60,556 bases of DNA from Selaginella moellendorffii (taxonomy: Eukaryota > Plantae > Lycopodiophyta). The DNA lies in NCBI RefSeq assembly GCF_000143415.4, contig NW_003314328.1, positions 1,020,774 through 1,081,329 on the forward strand. The letters are read 5' to 3'. The stretch's first letter is position 1; the number at the start of each line of letters is the position of its first letter. A program made the translations under genes and the position numbers. Shown here in pieces: positions 12,054-23,099 of this stretch. Below the pieces are notes generated by a model. The model saw nothing but the letters and a program-made list of their open reading frames with translations, was not told the DNA's origin and did not search any database.

Positions 12054-13747
12054 ATGGAGAGCAGTAATCCGGCACCATCGCTCTCCTCTTCGTCGCACGC
12101 CCAGCTCCCGGCCAGGATTTCTAGCCTTCTCCCCGCCTCGTTCTCCAGGATTTCGAGCTTGCTAGAGGTCTCGGGGCTGCTGAGAGGCGCTCCACAGGAA
12201 CTAGGCCCTATGAACAGGGACAGGGACGAGAGTGGCGGAGCAGAGGTGTCGATCAGGATAATTGCCGACTCTGGGTCGCCGAGAGAGAGTGGCTCGGGGC
12301 GCCCGCGGGCAGCCGATTCGACTGTCCAGGACGAGCAGAGTGGTTCTGATAGAGAGCTGGAAACCGAGGAGTCCACCACAATTGCTACCGCTGCTGGCGA
12401 TCGTGAGGCCGTGAGGTATGATTTCCAGCACCTAGCTAAATGGGTCGAGCAGATCCTCCCATTCTCGATTTTGTTACTCGTGGTCTTCATACGCCAGCAT
12501 CTCCAAGGTCTCTTTTTTTTTGTTTTTCCTTCGTTTCTTCGCTCTCCATTTCTAACTTTGTGGCTTTCTTTGTGTTGAAGGTTTCCTTGTGACGCTTTGG
12601 ATATCAGCTATTATGATCAAAGCGAATAGTCTTCTTCGTAAGCAGACGTCTCTAAGAGTAAGTGACTACCATTTTTCTTCTCCTCCAGTCCCCAGTTTGA
12701 TGATATCTTTTTTTTCTTCTTTCAGGGAGAGCGAAAAACGTACATTCTAGTGGTCCTTGCCGCATTTCTCATCCAACATGTCGAGGGTATATACTGGTGG
12801 TATCGTGCCGACGCTCTTTGGCGACCGCTTGTTCTCCTCCCACCGAAAGACATCCCAAACTTTGCGGACGCGTTTTTCAATATTGTTTTGAATGGCAAGC
12901 AAATCCTATGACACTCTCTGCCATTGCTGATCTCATACTTTTACTGTTTCTTCCTCAGATACGATGGTCCGGTTGTCTGCCATGGCATTCAAGTGCGGTG
13001 TTCTTATATACTACAAGAAAGGCCGAGGACGTAACTATCGATGGCAGGTTAGTTTCTTCAATTGGTTTCGTCATGTCAATCGTGAGTGTGTATCTCGATG
13101 CAGGGCCAAATATTGACTCTCACCGAGTATGTTGTTCTACTTTATCGAACTGTAATACCAGGACCAGTCTGGTACCGCTTCTTTTTAAACAAAGAGTATG
13201 GGAGCCTGTTTTCATCGCTGACAACAGGATTATACCTCACCTTCAAAGTCACCTCGGTCCTTGAGAAGGCAAGTTTTATGCCTCCCAGTTTTCACTGCCT
13301 CTAAACTTTGTAAAAACCACACAGGTGCAAAAGTTCGCTACGGCAGTGAGATCGATTCTTCGCAGGGAAGTCCAATACGGTACATATGCAACGCATGAAG
13401 AGGTGAAGCCTATAAACTCGGGCTATAGTATTTCGAGTGACAATTGTGAACGATGGATGTTCCAGGTGCTCGCGGTAGGAGATCTGTGCGCTATATGCCA
13501 GGAAAAGATGCACGCCCCGATATCCTTGCTGTGCAAGCACGTCTTTTGCGAGGATTGCGTCTCCGAGTGGTACGTTTCATCAAATCCTCTGTGCAAGGGA
13601 GAGAATTTTCATGCGAGTTTTTCTTCGTTTTTGCTACACAGGTTTGAGAGGGAGCGAACTTGTCCATTATGTCGATCGGTTGTGAAGTCGTCGGAGCTAA
13701 GATCTTTTGGCGATGGCTCCACGAGTCTCTTTGTACAGCTCTTTTAA
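12054..13747 (+). CDS. RING finger and transmembrane domain protein (RNFT1/2-like E3 ligase), multi-exon
   Basis: [23 protein letters not shown], several TM exons, and a C-terminal RING ([39 protein letters not shown]). Two introns use GC donors. Confidence 0.9.
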
Positions 13748-13818
13748 AGAGAGAAGGGGCCAGCCAGTAAACAAGATTTTCGTCCACACTCTTTTAGTTT
13801 AGTTTGTTAACCATGCGG

Positions 13819-13926
13819 TGACGTGGCGTCCGACGTGGAAAAGCCCTAACCATCTCATCCACGGGCGGCCACGTCATCGCAGCTCTGCCTCTTGGCATTC
13901 CGTTGCTCCAATGGTGGTGCTATAAT
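13819..13926 (+). promoter_or_regulatory. Invertase promoter with clustered ACGT-core (ABRE/G-box/TGA-like) motifs and a TATA-like box
   Basis: TGACGTGGC, CGACGTGG and GCCACGTCA lie within ~60 bp, followed by TATAAT at ~13921, about 150 bp upstream of the ATG. Confidence 0.5.
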
Positions 13927-14072
13927 GCTTTTTTTCCTCTTCTTCTTCTTCGCGCACAGAGGCCTTCTTTAAAGCGGGGGCGATGATCCGGCAGCGCGAG
14001 TGATCGATCCACCAAGATCAATCCATTTGCTCGATCGATCGCTCATCGATCGATCGCGGGCGCGCAGCAGCA

Positions 14073-14605
14073 ATGTCGTTCGCCAATGCGCTGGCGCTGG
14101 ACACGAGCGACCGCGAGCAGCTGTCGGCGCGCGGGCTGGATCAATCCGGGGTGGCCGTGGCCCTGGCCAAGCCCATCAAGGCGATGCGCCTGATCGACTC
14201 GCAGCGGTCGCTGGACGAGAAGGCGCTGAGCGATCTCATCTCCTCGCCCCGCCCGGCGCCGCGGCCGCTGGAGACGGTCAAGAGCTCCGAGTGCCTCGAG
14301 GCGCTGGCGTCGCCCAGCTTGCGGATGATCGCGGGGCCAGCCAGCGCCGCCACGCCGCGATCGCCACTCCATCCCTACGAACCCAATCCCATGATCGCCG
14401 AGGCCTGGGACTCTCTCAGGAAATCGCTGGTTTACTTCCGGGGCAAGCCGGTTGGGACCATCGCCGCGCTCGATCCAAACGAAGAAGCTCTCAACTACAA
14501 CCAGGTATCGAGTTCTTTCCATAGAGTTTCTTTGCATTCCTCTTTCTTGCTTTGTTTTCTTCGAGCGTTTTCTTTTTCATCTTCCTCATCTCTCATGGAG
14601 ATGTG

Positions 14606-14645
<40 letters not shown>

Positions 14646-16174
14646 CTAAGTCCTGCGTTCCATGGCCAGGTATTCGTGCGCGACTTTGTTCCCAGCGCGC
14701 TGGCCTTCCTCATGAACGGCGAGGCGGAGGTGGTGAAGAACTTCTTGCTCAAGGCGCTGCGCCTCCAGGCGTGGGAGAAGCGCGTGGACTGCTTCACGCT
14801 GGGCGAGGGCGTCATGCCCGCCAGCTTCAAGGTGATGCAAGATCCAGTGCGCGGCACCGAGACGATGCTGGCCGACTTTGGCGAGGCCGCCATCGGGCGC
14901 GTCGCCCCCGTCGACTCGGGCTTCTGGTGGATCATCCTCCTCCGCGCCTACACCAAATCCACGGGCGACTTCACGCTCGCCGAGATGCCCGACTGCCAGA
15001 GGGGGATGCGACTCATCCTCTCCCTCTGCCTCGCCGAGGGATTCGACACATTCCCCACGCTCCTCTGCGCCGATGGATGCTGCATGATCGATCGGAGAAT
15101 GGTAAACACGATCAAAGAACTTTTAAAACTCTGTCTTGCCTCTAGTTCTTCTCACTCTCGATGGGTGTTTCACTCACTCTCAATCTTGGGTCTGTTCGAT
15201 CTTTCTTTCTCCATTCACGGCTGACGTTACCTTTGGATCTTTGCCGTTTACCAGGGAATCTATGGCTACCCGATCGAGATCCAGTCCCTCTTCTTCATGG
15301 CACTGCGCTGCGCCAAAACCCTCCTAAAACCCGAGCTGGGCGGCAAGGAGTTCATCGAGAGGATCGAGAAGCGGCTGGTGGCGCTGAGCTACCACATCCG
15401 TACGTACTTCTGGCTCGACTTCCAGAACCTCAACAACATATACCGCTACAAGACCGAGGAGTACTCGCACACGGCCGTCAACAAGTTTAACGTGATCCCG
15501 GACTCCATACCCGACTGGGTCTTCGACTTCATGCCCATGAAGGGTGGCTACTTCATTGGAAACGTGAGCCCCGCCAGGATGGACTTTAGATGGTTCCTCA
15601 TTGGCAACTGCGTTGCAATACTCTCGTCCATCGCCACCCCGGAGCAAGCGTCGGCAATCATGGACCTGGTCGAGGCTCGCTGGGCGGATCTCGTCGGGGA
15701 GATGCCGCTCAAGATCAGCTACCCAGCCATGGATGCCGAGGAATGGGTCATTGTCACTGGCTGTGACCCCAAGAACACCCGATGGAGCTATCACAATGGA
15801 GGAACTTGGCCAGGTATGCATTTCTCTTCCACCACCTTTTTTCAATCTTTAGAGAAACTTTGTGGTTTTGTATTGCAGTGCTGCTGTGGATGCTCACCGC
15901 AGCTTCGATCAAAACCGGGAGGCCTCAGATCGCTCGCAGAGCGATCGAGCTTGCGGAGCCGAGGCTTTGTAAGGAAGGGTGGCCCGAATACTACGATGGG
16001 AAGCTTGGGAGGTATGTTGGAAAGCAGGCTCGCAAGTTCCAGACGTGGTCGATCGCCGGCTACCTCGTCGCCAAGATGCTGCTAGAGGATCCATCGCACT
16101 TGGGAATGATCTCGTTAGAAGAAGACAGGAAAGGGAAGCCCGTTATCACTCGTTCTGCTTCATGGACTTGCTAA
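14073..16174 (+). CDS. CINV: Cytosolic alkaline/neutral invertase (GH100), 4 exons
   Basis: Exons 14073-14504, 14670-15101, 15255-15813 and 15879-16174. Motifs: [72 protein letters not shown]. No transit peptide is evident. Confidence 0.96.
14608..14642. repeat. (CT)n microsatellite in invertase intron 1
   Basis: About 17 perfect CT units. Confidence 0.95.
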
Positions 16175-16515
16175 GAAGTTCTTTTTTTCTTTCTTTTTGT
16201 TTTTACGAAGTACAAATTAATAATAGAATTGTCGCTCCATGTAGAAAGGGATGGGTTAGGCATTATTTGATCATTTAAAAGGTATAAGCTAATTTGTTCC
16301 AAAGGGCAAAATGAAAAACAGGGATGATCTCGTTAGAAGAAGAAGCCCCTTATCACTCGTGAAGGTCTTTTTGTTTTCACGAAACAAATTGCATTGCTTT
16401 TTGGCAAAACTTTTGCTCCAAGAACACAGGAAGCTTTCTTTACAAGATCTTGAAAGCTTGCGTGACAAGAGTTTTTTCTGCTCGTCACTGCCCAGTGGAT
16501 TGATCAGTCGATCCA

Positions 16516-16872
16516 TCAGTGGCGAGGCTTCTTGCTCTGGTGCTGCAGTACCCATTGCCTTGTGTAGCAGTTTACTTCCTTTTCCAATTGCTTCCTGTTG
16601 TCTTCCTCCTCTTGCTGGAGAGCCAGCGACACTGCCCGTGTGATCCGGTCGGCATGGGGTGGATCCAGGGCCACCTCGTCCTCTATGAAATGGCAGTCGG
16701 GCTTGAGAGCCCTCTTGTTGTTCGTCGCCACCCAGTGATCGTAGTCCGGGTAGTCGAAGCTATCGTACTGCTTGACCCGGATGCTCTTGGTAGCGTTGCT
16801 GCCCTGGTCAGCTACCATGTCGTTGATCATGCGCTGGAGATCGACATACCTGTCAACGTTCACAGCCACCAT
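16516..16872 (-). CDS. Possible orphan ORF or gene remnant
   Basis: ~118-aa ORF (MVAVNVDRYVDLQRMINDMV...) with protein-like composition between two convergent genes. No family recognised. Confidence 0.25.
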   Translation of the reverse strand: MVAVNVDRYVDLQRMINDMVADQGSNATKSIRVKQYDSFDYPDYDHWVATNNKRALKPDCHFIEDEVALDPPHADRITRAVSLALQQEEEDNRKQLEKEVNCYTRQWVLQHQSKKPRH

Positions 16873-17031
16873 TGTCTTCTTGTCTCGCAACTCTGATCTC
16901 TGTATAAAACCCTTTACCTTATACCAGTGTTGTACTTTGCTGATGAGTTAACTTAATCTAAGTCATTTTGCTATTCATGGATTGCAAGATATTGAGGATC
17001 TCGAGTAATTTTCTTTTTTAAAAAAGTTATT

Positions 17032-18798
17032 TTATTGCTGCCACGCCAGTGAAGAGTTCAAGCAGCTATTAGGAACAACGAGGCCTTTGTTTTGGCCAAA
17101 GGCGTTCAAGCAAAATGCCGATGGAGTGGAGCCGTTTGAGAGGTTGAGAAAAACGTTCTCGAGCACCAGATTGTAGCAGGGGTTGCCCAGGCTGCACTGG
17201 AAGCGAAGAGCCACACTGCTTGCCGACGTTCCCATAATGTTCGAGTAGGAAACATTGCTGACTTTCACAGCATCCAGCTGCAAAAACAAAAACCGATATC
17301 TTGAAGTTCCTCATAGAGACTGATAGAAGATTGGAAAAGTTTTAGTTACTTCCTCTGTGCCGCAGGAGAAGGAGCTGTTCCCATCGCAGTAGTATTGATC
17401 GATGATAATGGGCTGAAGGACGTTCATCATCACAACGTTGTAATAGCTGAAGTTGCTCGCAAATCCTTGGCCGCCCTGTAACATATCAAATGTTTGGAGT
17501 TTTCATCGAATTAAGATGAAGATTTGGACCTGCCATGTTTTGATCCTGAGTCCATACTTGGTGCTCTCCAAAATCGAATTCTCAACCTTGACATTGGACA
17601 CAAACTCTGGTGTCTTGTTCCTTCCAAGGCTCCCTATACTAGCTTGAAAAAAACGAGAAGAAAAAATCGTTTAAAATTTTCATAACTTCCACAAAACAAT
17701 TACCTGATTCCATGGCCCGGCCCACAAATTATTTCGCGTATGACAACGTTGGAGGTGTTCTTTGCTATAGATATACAGTCATCACCTGAAAAAATAAAAA
17801 AGGATTCGTCGTTTAAAAACTATGATAGAAAAAGTTCTACCAGTTCCAATTATGCATTTCTCGATAGAAACGTTGTTGCTCATGTGTAAGTGTATGCCGT
17901 CCGTGTTGGGGCTGTCGTGGGGAGCGAGGATTTCCACCCCTTTAATGCTCACATTGGAGCTTTCCTCGATCGCCAAATGCATTTGGGGGCTGTTTACAAA
18001 CTTGAGATCCTGAATTGTGATGTTCGCCGAAGCTCTGATTGACAATGCCTGTAAAATGGTTTAGTTTGAGTCAGCCGCCACGCAAGTGTAAGAATCAAGA
18101 ACTTAGCTGTGGGATGTTTCTGGCACGCCTGAAAAGAGAAAGGAAAAAAAAGCACAATCAAAAGTTAGAAACGAATATAATCTGTACGAAGAATCACTCA
18201 CATACGAACTGTTACGTCTACACGAAATTCTCCACCACTCTTCGCCTTGCCCGTCGATTATACCGTAGCCTTCGACGCTAAAGTCGTGAACTCTGGCTAT
18301 GGAAATCCATGTTGTGATGTTGCTCCACTGGATCATATCCCGGGTGTCCGCTAAAACAATACCATCAATCTATCTAGGTGGAAAACAATGGCACAAAGAT
18401 AATCTACGTACATAGAGTATATATTATCACGCACCTTGAGTCTCAAGTTCGTCGCGCATGGCCCAGTGAGAAGCAAATAATTTACAACAAAAGCCTTTCC
18501 ACCGGGCACAAGCATGGTGGCGTTTTCCGTGTGACAAGCACGTTTCCAGGCCGCGAGAAAAGCCTGAAAGAAACGATATAAGCATGTAGTGTTCTATAAA
18601 CAATATCTAGGAAACAGGGAAAGCTACCTGGGAGTCGTCACTAAGACCATCGCCGCGAGCTCCAAACTCCACCACATTAAACTCTCTGGGATCATAGCTT
18701 GCTCCCTCCGGCGATAGAGCTGGCGATAGCTCAGAGAGATCCGCCACTCCGCGAGCGATCATAACAGCGACAAGGAGGAGCTCCGTAAGAGCTACCAT
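17032..18798 (-). CDS. Polygalacturonase (GH28), secreted, multi-exon
   Basis: Signal peptide, [18 protein letters not shown], and all four PG motifs ([33 protein letters not shown]), across GT-AG introns. Confidence 0.95.
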
Positions 18799-21451
18799 TC
18801 TTCTTCTTCTTCTTGTTCCTCTCTCATTCCTCGTTCTTTCTCCTTCACTGGATATGAACTCGATTTCTCCGAGCTTGACGATCGATGCTCGAGATCATCC
18901 TTTGCTTGCCTACCCGGATTGAAAAACACGGAGATTCGAGTTAGTTGGATGTGGAACTAGGTGAGAACCTACCAGTAGCACTGGATTCCAGTTTTGCTCC
19001 AAAAAATCCTTGATGGCAGGCCTCTCGGGTTGAAGTGGAGCAAGCTTGCGAGTTGCGAACGGGGATTGTTTTATTTTCCCTTGAATAACGAAAAAACGAT
19101 TCCTGCGAGTAAACAACATAAGCGTGCTTATTGACACAAGAGTTGGCACAGGGAGCCTGCACTCGCAAAACTTGGCACACTTTTCTTACCGCGTTTTCCA
19201 TGGAGCTCTCCGAGCCGAGCGCACTGTTTATAAATAATATTAAAAAATCTATTCAATTCAAGAAAAATCTTGATGAAATTCAAAGCGAGCCTGAATAAAT
19301 TCTCTGAGCTTGTACTTGGCCGCGAAATTCTCGCCTATCAAAAATCGATAAGCCAATGAAGGGAATAAACAAAACTAGTTTACAATCCGTGCTCCATATT
19401 TTGGTCCTGGATGTACTGCTTTTGCTGGATCAAATCGTGGAGCTGGCCATGGTATTAATGTTTGTAGAGGGGGTCGAACCCAGCGACCTGGCGTTTGTGA
19501 CCTTGCAATGACGAGAGCTGCAAAGGTACCGGATTCTTCATTTCCTTCGTTAGTACCTGGAGTGGGAAGAGAAGTGCCGGATAATTTAACAACATCGTCA
19601 TCCATAATCGTTCCTCCTTGAGGCATCCTATAAGGGTAAGAACTGGGATTTGCCTGAAAAACCTGTAGTACTTCATTCTCCAAGGATTGAAAATTTTTGC
19701 CGTCGCCTCGAGATCTCTAGCGAGCGTCAGTAGCACCAGATAAAGCAAAAACAAAATTGCCAGAAAGACCACCAGCAACAAACCCGAGTGAAAGGAACAT
19801 GCCCATTACCAATTAGAGCACCTCTAGAATTTTTAGTGTCACCATAGGTGCAGTGAGTTACTACTTGCCAGGTTGTTTACATGATTATTACTCAATCAGT
19901 TATGAGCTTGTATATGAGTTTCATGAAGAAAAACAATGCAATCCGAGCTCCTTTGCCAAACTTTTGCAAGAGAAACACTGATACGATCGCCAAGAATTTC
20001 ATCAGCGCCACCAACAACACGAAGAACGCCTTCAAAATTTTCAAGATGGCATTCATTTTCCTGAAAATCCTTTAGGGTGAGAAAGTTTATATAGCAGAGA
20101 ACTACCTTTTCGCCACCTTTTTCCATTAAAAAAATATACAAGCTTTTAAAATGATTCCTTTTGTGATTTTGGCTGTTTGTTAAGCGGCTGTATCCGGGTG
20201 TGCCGCCCCAATGGACAAGCCCGATCCCTGGTTTCTTGTGCTTGCTCTTGTTTGTTACCTTGAATCCCTTGCAGCATGGGACACAGATGCATCCCCAACG
20301 GCTGCCATCGAGGAGAAGATGTATGTGGCTGCAAGGACCGATACTTGAATGATGTGCTGGTGAGTAAAGTAGCTCTTTCTCAAGTTCCTAGTAACTTTCT
20401 CGTGGAGGTTTAGTGCACCGGACATTGCGTGGTAAGTTGAGGCTCTCCAAGTTGTTATAGCAGGCTTTGCTTGAACAAGGTCGACGAGCTTCACAAATAG
20501 CAGGACGAAGAACGCTCTTAGTTGTCGTTGGCATTCCAGATGCATGGTACTATGAAGCTTTCCTCCTTTTCAAGTCGCGTTTGTGCAGTCTACGAATTTG
20601 ACACGAAACAATGTGCTCAACGACAGGAAACATTCCAGTAAGCAAGCATTCTAGATGTTCGTTAAAATCCAGACCGGCATACACCCATATTTTGCTCCCG
20701 ATCAAGGTGGCAAAAAATACCCAATTAATTCTGTCACATTAGATAGCTGTTAAATGCCTCACCATTTCTGTCATCGGTTGTGGGCCCAAGCATAAATTGA
20801 AGATCGTGAAATGACCTACTATGTAGTATCATTCATCGTCAGACGTGTCTTATGACACTTGCAGATTGCTAGCTTGTCCTCGCTTGGGTGAAGATCAAGC
20901 TCATCAGAGGCGCAAGAGGAAATAAAGAGCCAAACTTTCGTAGGGTGGAATAGGACATGATGAAATGCATATCAAGATATCAATTACAACTGCTGAAGAG
21001 TTTATGATGTCTAGAGGGCTCTAGTTCAAATTTCGTGAGCAGAGGATTGATAGACAGTGATGAAAGCCTTCTGCAAACTTACAAACCTAACCATAAAAGT
21101 CATCAAATTATGTGGTATAGTTCATCACGATCTATGGCTTGGATGGTATAGAACCTGAGATTCACTCCCAACCATCACACACGAAGCATATTAAAGAAAA
21201 GAAAAAGAAAAAATGGATTATTCTTTATAAATTTTTTGAATCCAGTGGTGATAAAATATATTATAGCATATATAGAAAAATGGTAAACTAAGTGGCAATT
21301 GAAATGGTGTAGGACTTAACTTTAGTGGGTATCATTAATGAAAAATTACAACTAACTTATAAGCATGAAAAATATGAGAAGAAAGCTCATAAATAAGAGA
21401 ATATTATCTAAATTAGTCAACTAAATAATATATTTGCAATAACTTAAAGTC

Positions 21452-22340
21452 AAATTGTGTTGGCTTTGCAACGCATTTTTTGTAGGCTTTAGTTTTGTGA
21501 CACTAGTGTGGCTACAAAAGAACTTACGGTCAAACGACTCCAGCCGCGACTGAGAATCCATGCGAGGGCTATGATCTTCAAGATCTCTCTTCTGTCCTGT
21601 CTGAATGCTGGAGGACAAGATGAGGTATTTCCTTGTTGGTCCGATTGATATTTTTTACCTTCCCTTGTTTGCCTTCAGGGTACCATTGTGGAAGAAACGA
21701 TTCCACGGCTCTTCAAGGGACACCAAGGTTTGTGGTGATTGTGCTCACTTGTGGTTTAAGTGTAGATGATTTGCACTGCAGATATATGATAGGTGCGAGT
21801 TTCCTTTGATGCTGGACTTGGACAGAGAACGTGGAAAGTGTCTGTCTCCTAATGCGGATAAAAGCGTACGCAATCTCTACGTTTTACACAGGTATGGGAT
21901 TTCGAAGGGGAGCAGATGATGAGCAAAGGCCTGTCTTGGGAATCGTGGTGGTGCCAGTAGACGAGCTCGGAACATTCCTCGAGATCTCGGCAGGAAAGGA
22001 ATCGAAAGTTTTGCCGCCACCCGACGTTCTTCTTCACAAGCGCTATAAAACGTTTGTTGCTTTTGTTGGCTTCTTGGTTTGCATAGTCTTGTGTTTCACA
22101 GCGGAGAAGCTATGCCTGGGGCAGCATCTCCTTGCGCGAGATCATGTTGAAATGGTGGAGTAAGTGAAAGCATCGGCCTAAGATAACGGAGGGCATTATA
22201 TACGGCCCGCTCTTTCTGTGGTGTTTTGCTTCTTAAGACTTAACCCGCGTTTCCATTTCTGCAGACACCACAAACCATGCCGAGATCCAACAGTAACGCC
22301 GCATGCGTATATGTCAGGAAGAGCTATAAAAGTAAGGTTT
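21452..22340 (+). pseudogene. Divergent UBP12/13-like pseudogene copy A (catalytic exons) with an antisense Sec14-like insert
   Basis: Relics include LALQRIFCRL*FCDTSVATKELT, GTIVEETIPRLFKGH and IYDRCEFPLMLDLDRERGK..SPNADKSVRNLYVLH. They mirror exons of the intact gene at 26028-30920, with introns retained, stops and deletions. Confidence 0.85.
21900..22190 (-). pseudogene. Fragment of a CRAL-TRIO/Sec14-like gene (copy 1)
   Basis: Minus strand reads ALVKKNVGWRQNFRFLSCRDLEECSELVYWHHHDSQDRPLLII. This resembles the plant Sec14 segment KKTIRWR..Y.ILS.EELE.WS..VFWHG.D...RPCLIV. Confidence 0.6.
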
Positions 22341-22445
22341 TTTACTTATAAAAGTAAGGTTTTATAAAAGTAAAGTTTTTTACTTATAAAAGTAAGGTTT
22401 TATAAGGTTTTTTTTTATAAAAGTAAGGTTTTTTTTAAAGTAAGA
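22325..22445. repeat. Imperfect AT-rich tandem repeat (TATAAAAGTAAGGTTTT)n
   Basis: About 6-7 irregular copies of a motif that is single-copy at ~25041-25058. Confidence 0.85.
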
Positions 22446-23099
22446 ATCTCATGGAGATCTTTAAATTAATCTTGGATGTATAACACAATAATTCCATATG
22501 TGCCATGGCATATAAGGAAATAGAGTTTTAACAAACTCTATTATAAGAAACAAATTTTTTATTCTAAATTTAAAAAATATAAATTTTTAATACCATAAGG
22601 TCCACAATACCATATACTATTATTAACATAAATACTCTATATAAGCTAAGGTTTTTATAATAATTGAATATGCACATTTTTGTATTCCATCAAATCCCAT
22701 TGTGAATAGTGATGGAAAACTATACTCTAGCAAATATAGAAAGATAGTATATACGTGACAATAAAAAAAATTAAGATCTATATTATTTACGCTTTCCAAT
22801 TTGTGGTATGTTTTTCAAGAACAGCTAAAAATTATGCTTTTTTTTGTGTTTTTGTCGTAGCAATGTGGGTAAATTACTCGTAAATCAAGGGGACTGAATT
22901 CTATGAAGAGGAGACAAGTTTTAGTCACTTGGTGTTTCAGACCTTTATTGGCAACCATCCAGGTCAAAGCAACATAGCTACAATGATGTTGTTCAATGAG
23001 TGGCAGAGGAGTTGGAACTGGATGATCCCTCGCAGGTCCGGTTGACAGTACTCGACGAACAGTAGAGCACATATCAAAACATCGCCTTCGTTACTCTTG

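Noticed and set aside
14000-16100. Many 100-200 aa alternative-frame and antisense ORFs over the invertase gene (similar ones overlie the PPR genes)
   Set aside because: They are by-products of GC-rich coding sequence and have no recognisable motifs.
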